A DNA stretch of 47,214 bases, taken from NCBI GenBank assembly GCA_044869275.1, contig JBIOXB010000142.1, positions 1-47,214 on the forward strand. The letters run 5' to 3'. Made by a program: the position numbers and the translations under genes. Source of the stretch: a bacterium (lineage in GTDB: Bacteria > Zhuqueibacterota > Zhuqueibacteria > Zhuqueibacterales > Zhuqueibacteraceae). Under the pieces are notes generated by a model that saw only the letters and a list, made by a program, of their open reading frames with translations, was not told where the DNA came from and made no database searches. Positions 46,180-47,214 of the stretch are shown piece by piece. The number at the start of each line of letters is the position of its first letter. Position 1 is the stretch's first letter.

Positions 46180-47214
46180 ATGAGATTCCTGAGCTCATCC
46201 CTCACCACAATTGCTTTTTGCTTGACGATGATTCATCCATCGCACAGTCAAGAGCTTGAACTGGCGCGTGTGACTTTAACAGAGCCGATCGCTTTGGCGA
46301 GGACTCTCGAGTACGTGGAATTCGCGTTACAAACCAAGGTTGATTTCTCAAGAGCAAACACAACTTTGATCGTCGTGGAGGAGGCCTCCGGCAAGTCTAT
46401 TCCATGTCAGGTGTTTGATCGAAAAGATTTGGGAAAGGATGGCCAGAGCTCTGGTACAGTCATTTTTCCAGTATCCATGCAAGCCCACGAAACCAAAACT
46501 CTGCTACTCAAAGTAAGTCAATCTGAGAACGTTCATCGGCAGAACACGAGCGATTTGTCGATAACCGGCGAAGGATTGGAGCTGCGTGTCGCCAACAAAT
46601 ACTTCGAAGCCGACCTAACCCGCAGCGACCTGGCCGAGCCCAAGAGTCACGCTTCCGGCCAAATCCGAGAGCTTCTGATCAAAATGGGGTTCAACCAGTT
46701 GTTGACCAACGCCGAAGATCGAGTGCACTGGGCGCCCAATTTCAAACGGCCGGAACTGGAATTCTATACCACGATCGCGCACTGGGACAACCCGGCGCTC
46801 AATCTGGTCGAGCATGGCCCGCATCTGGTGCGCACGGTGCGACAGGATTTGGCGCCGGATCATCCCGAGATTCTGCTCACAGCCGTCTACAAGTTTTATG
46901 CGAATGTGCCCTATTTCAAATTCTATTCCAGCATGGAAATGGTTGCTGGCGTGTGGCTGGAGCTGCTGCGCAACGACGAAATGACCACCGACAGCATGTT
47001 CAGCCACGTTGCATTTCAGCGTCCCACCGGAGAAATCGTCGACCTCAGGCTTGATGAACGTCACGCGACTTTGCAGCGGCAGCCGATCGAGCCGGACGCG
47101 CCGTGGTTGTGCTTTTACAACGTGGACAAAGGCTTTGCTTTCGGAACCATTCGGCTGAGATCTGATGACGCAAATCAACTCGGTGAACCATCGCCAACCT
47201 ACCTGCCACACACT
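46180..47214 (+). CDS. Exported hypothetical protein, 3' truncated by window end
   Basis: Own translation: open frame MRFLSSSLTTIAFCLTMIHPSHSQELELARVTLTEP...VHWAPNF...LLRNDEMT... to the end (345 codons); absent from ORF track because no stop. Confidence 0.8.
   Translation, partial: MRFLSSSLTTIAFCLTMIHPSHSQELELARVTLTEPIALARTLEYVEFALQTKVDFSRANTTLIVVEEASGKSIPCQVFDRKDLGKDGQSSGTVIFPVSMQAHETKTLLLKVSQSENVHRQNTSDLSITGEGLELRVANKYFEADLTRSDLAEPKSHASGQIRELLIKMGFNQLLTNAEDRVHWAPNFKRPELEFYTTIAHWDNPALNLVEHGPHLVRTVRQDLAPDHPEILLTAVYKFYANVPYFKFYSSMEMVAGVWLELLRNDEMTTDSMFSHVAFQRPTGEIVDLRLDERHATLQRQPIEPDAPWLCFYNVDKGFAFGTIRLRSDDANQLGEPSPTYLPHT

Noticed and set aside
46615..47211. 198-aa minus-strand ORF
   Set aside because: Antisense to the open plus-strand frame from 46180

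Overview
Bacterial DNA with every intact gene on the + strand. PorV and T9SS-type C-terminal domains, a GWxTD-like protein and carboxypeptidase-domain TonB receptor point to the FCB group. Canonical Shine-Dalgarno sites and TTGACA promoters favour a KSB1/Calditrichota-like lineage over Bacteroidota (inference only). (1) 1-5130 is an accessory segment: the end of a probable IS630-family element, a tricorn/S41 protease, an ICMT-family methyltransferase and a small membrane protein, with decayed group II intron 3' ends (domains V-VI) in both spacers. (2) 5295-13955 encodes a membrane-anchored multiheme cytochrome c followed by CRTAC1/ASPIC-UnbV and TPR proteins. (3) 13981-47214 is a large glycan-utilisation locus. 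It holds a DeoR/AgaR regulator, SIS deaminase, PfkB kinase, lone KbaZ/GatZ and EamA transporter, then a GWxTD-like protein, TonB receptor, CTD cargo protein, PorV and IPT lipoprotein with no SusD. A second CRTAC1/TPR pair and many exported enzymes follow (amidohydrolase, GH36, GH18, GH-like proteins, CBM9-like, GGT-like, MBL). Many spacers carry palindromic repeats of different families, and one MITE is nested in a REP-like palindrome. All functional calls come from motif recognition; no database searches were run.
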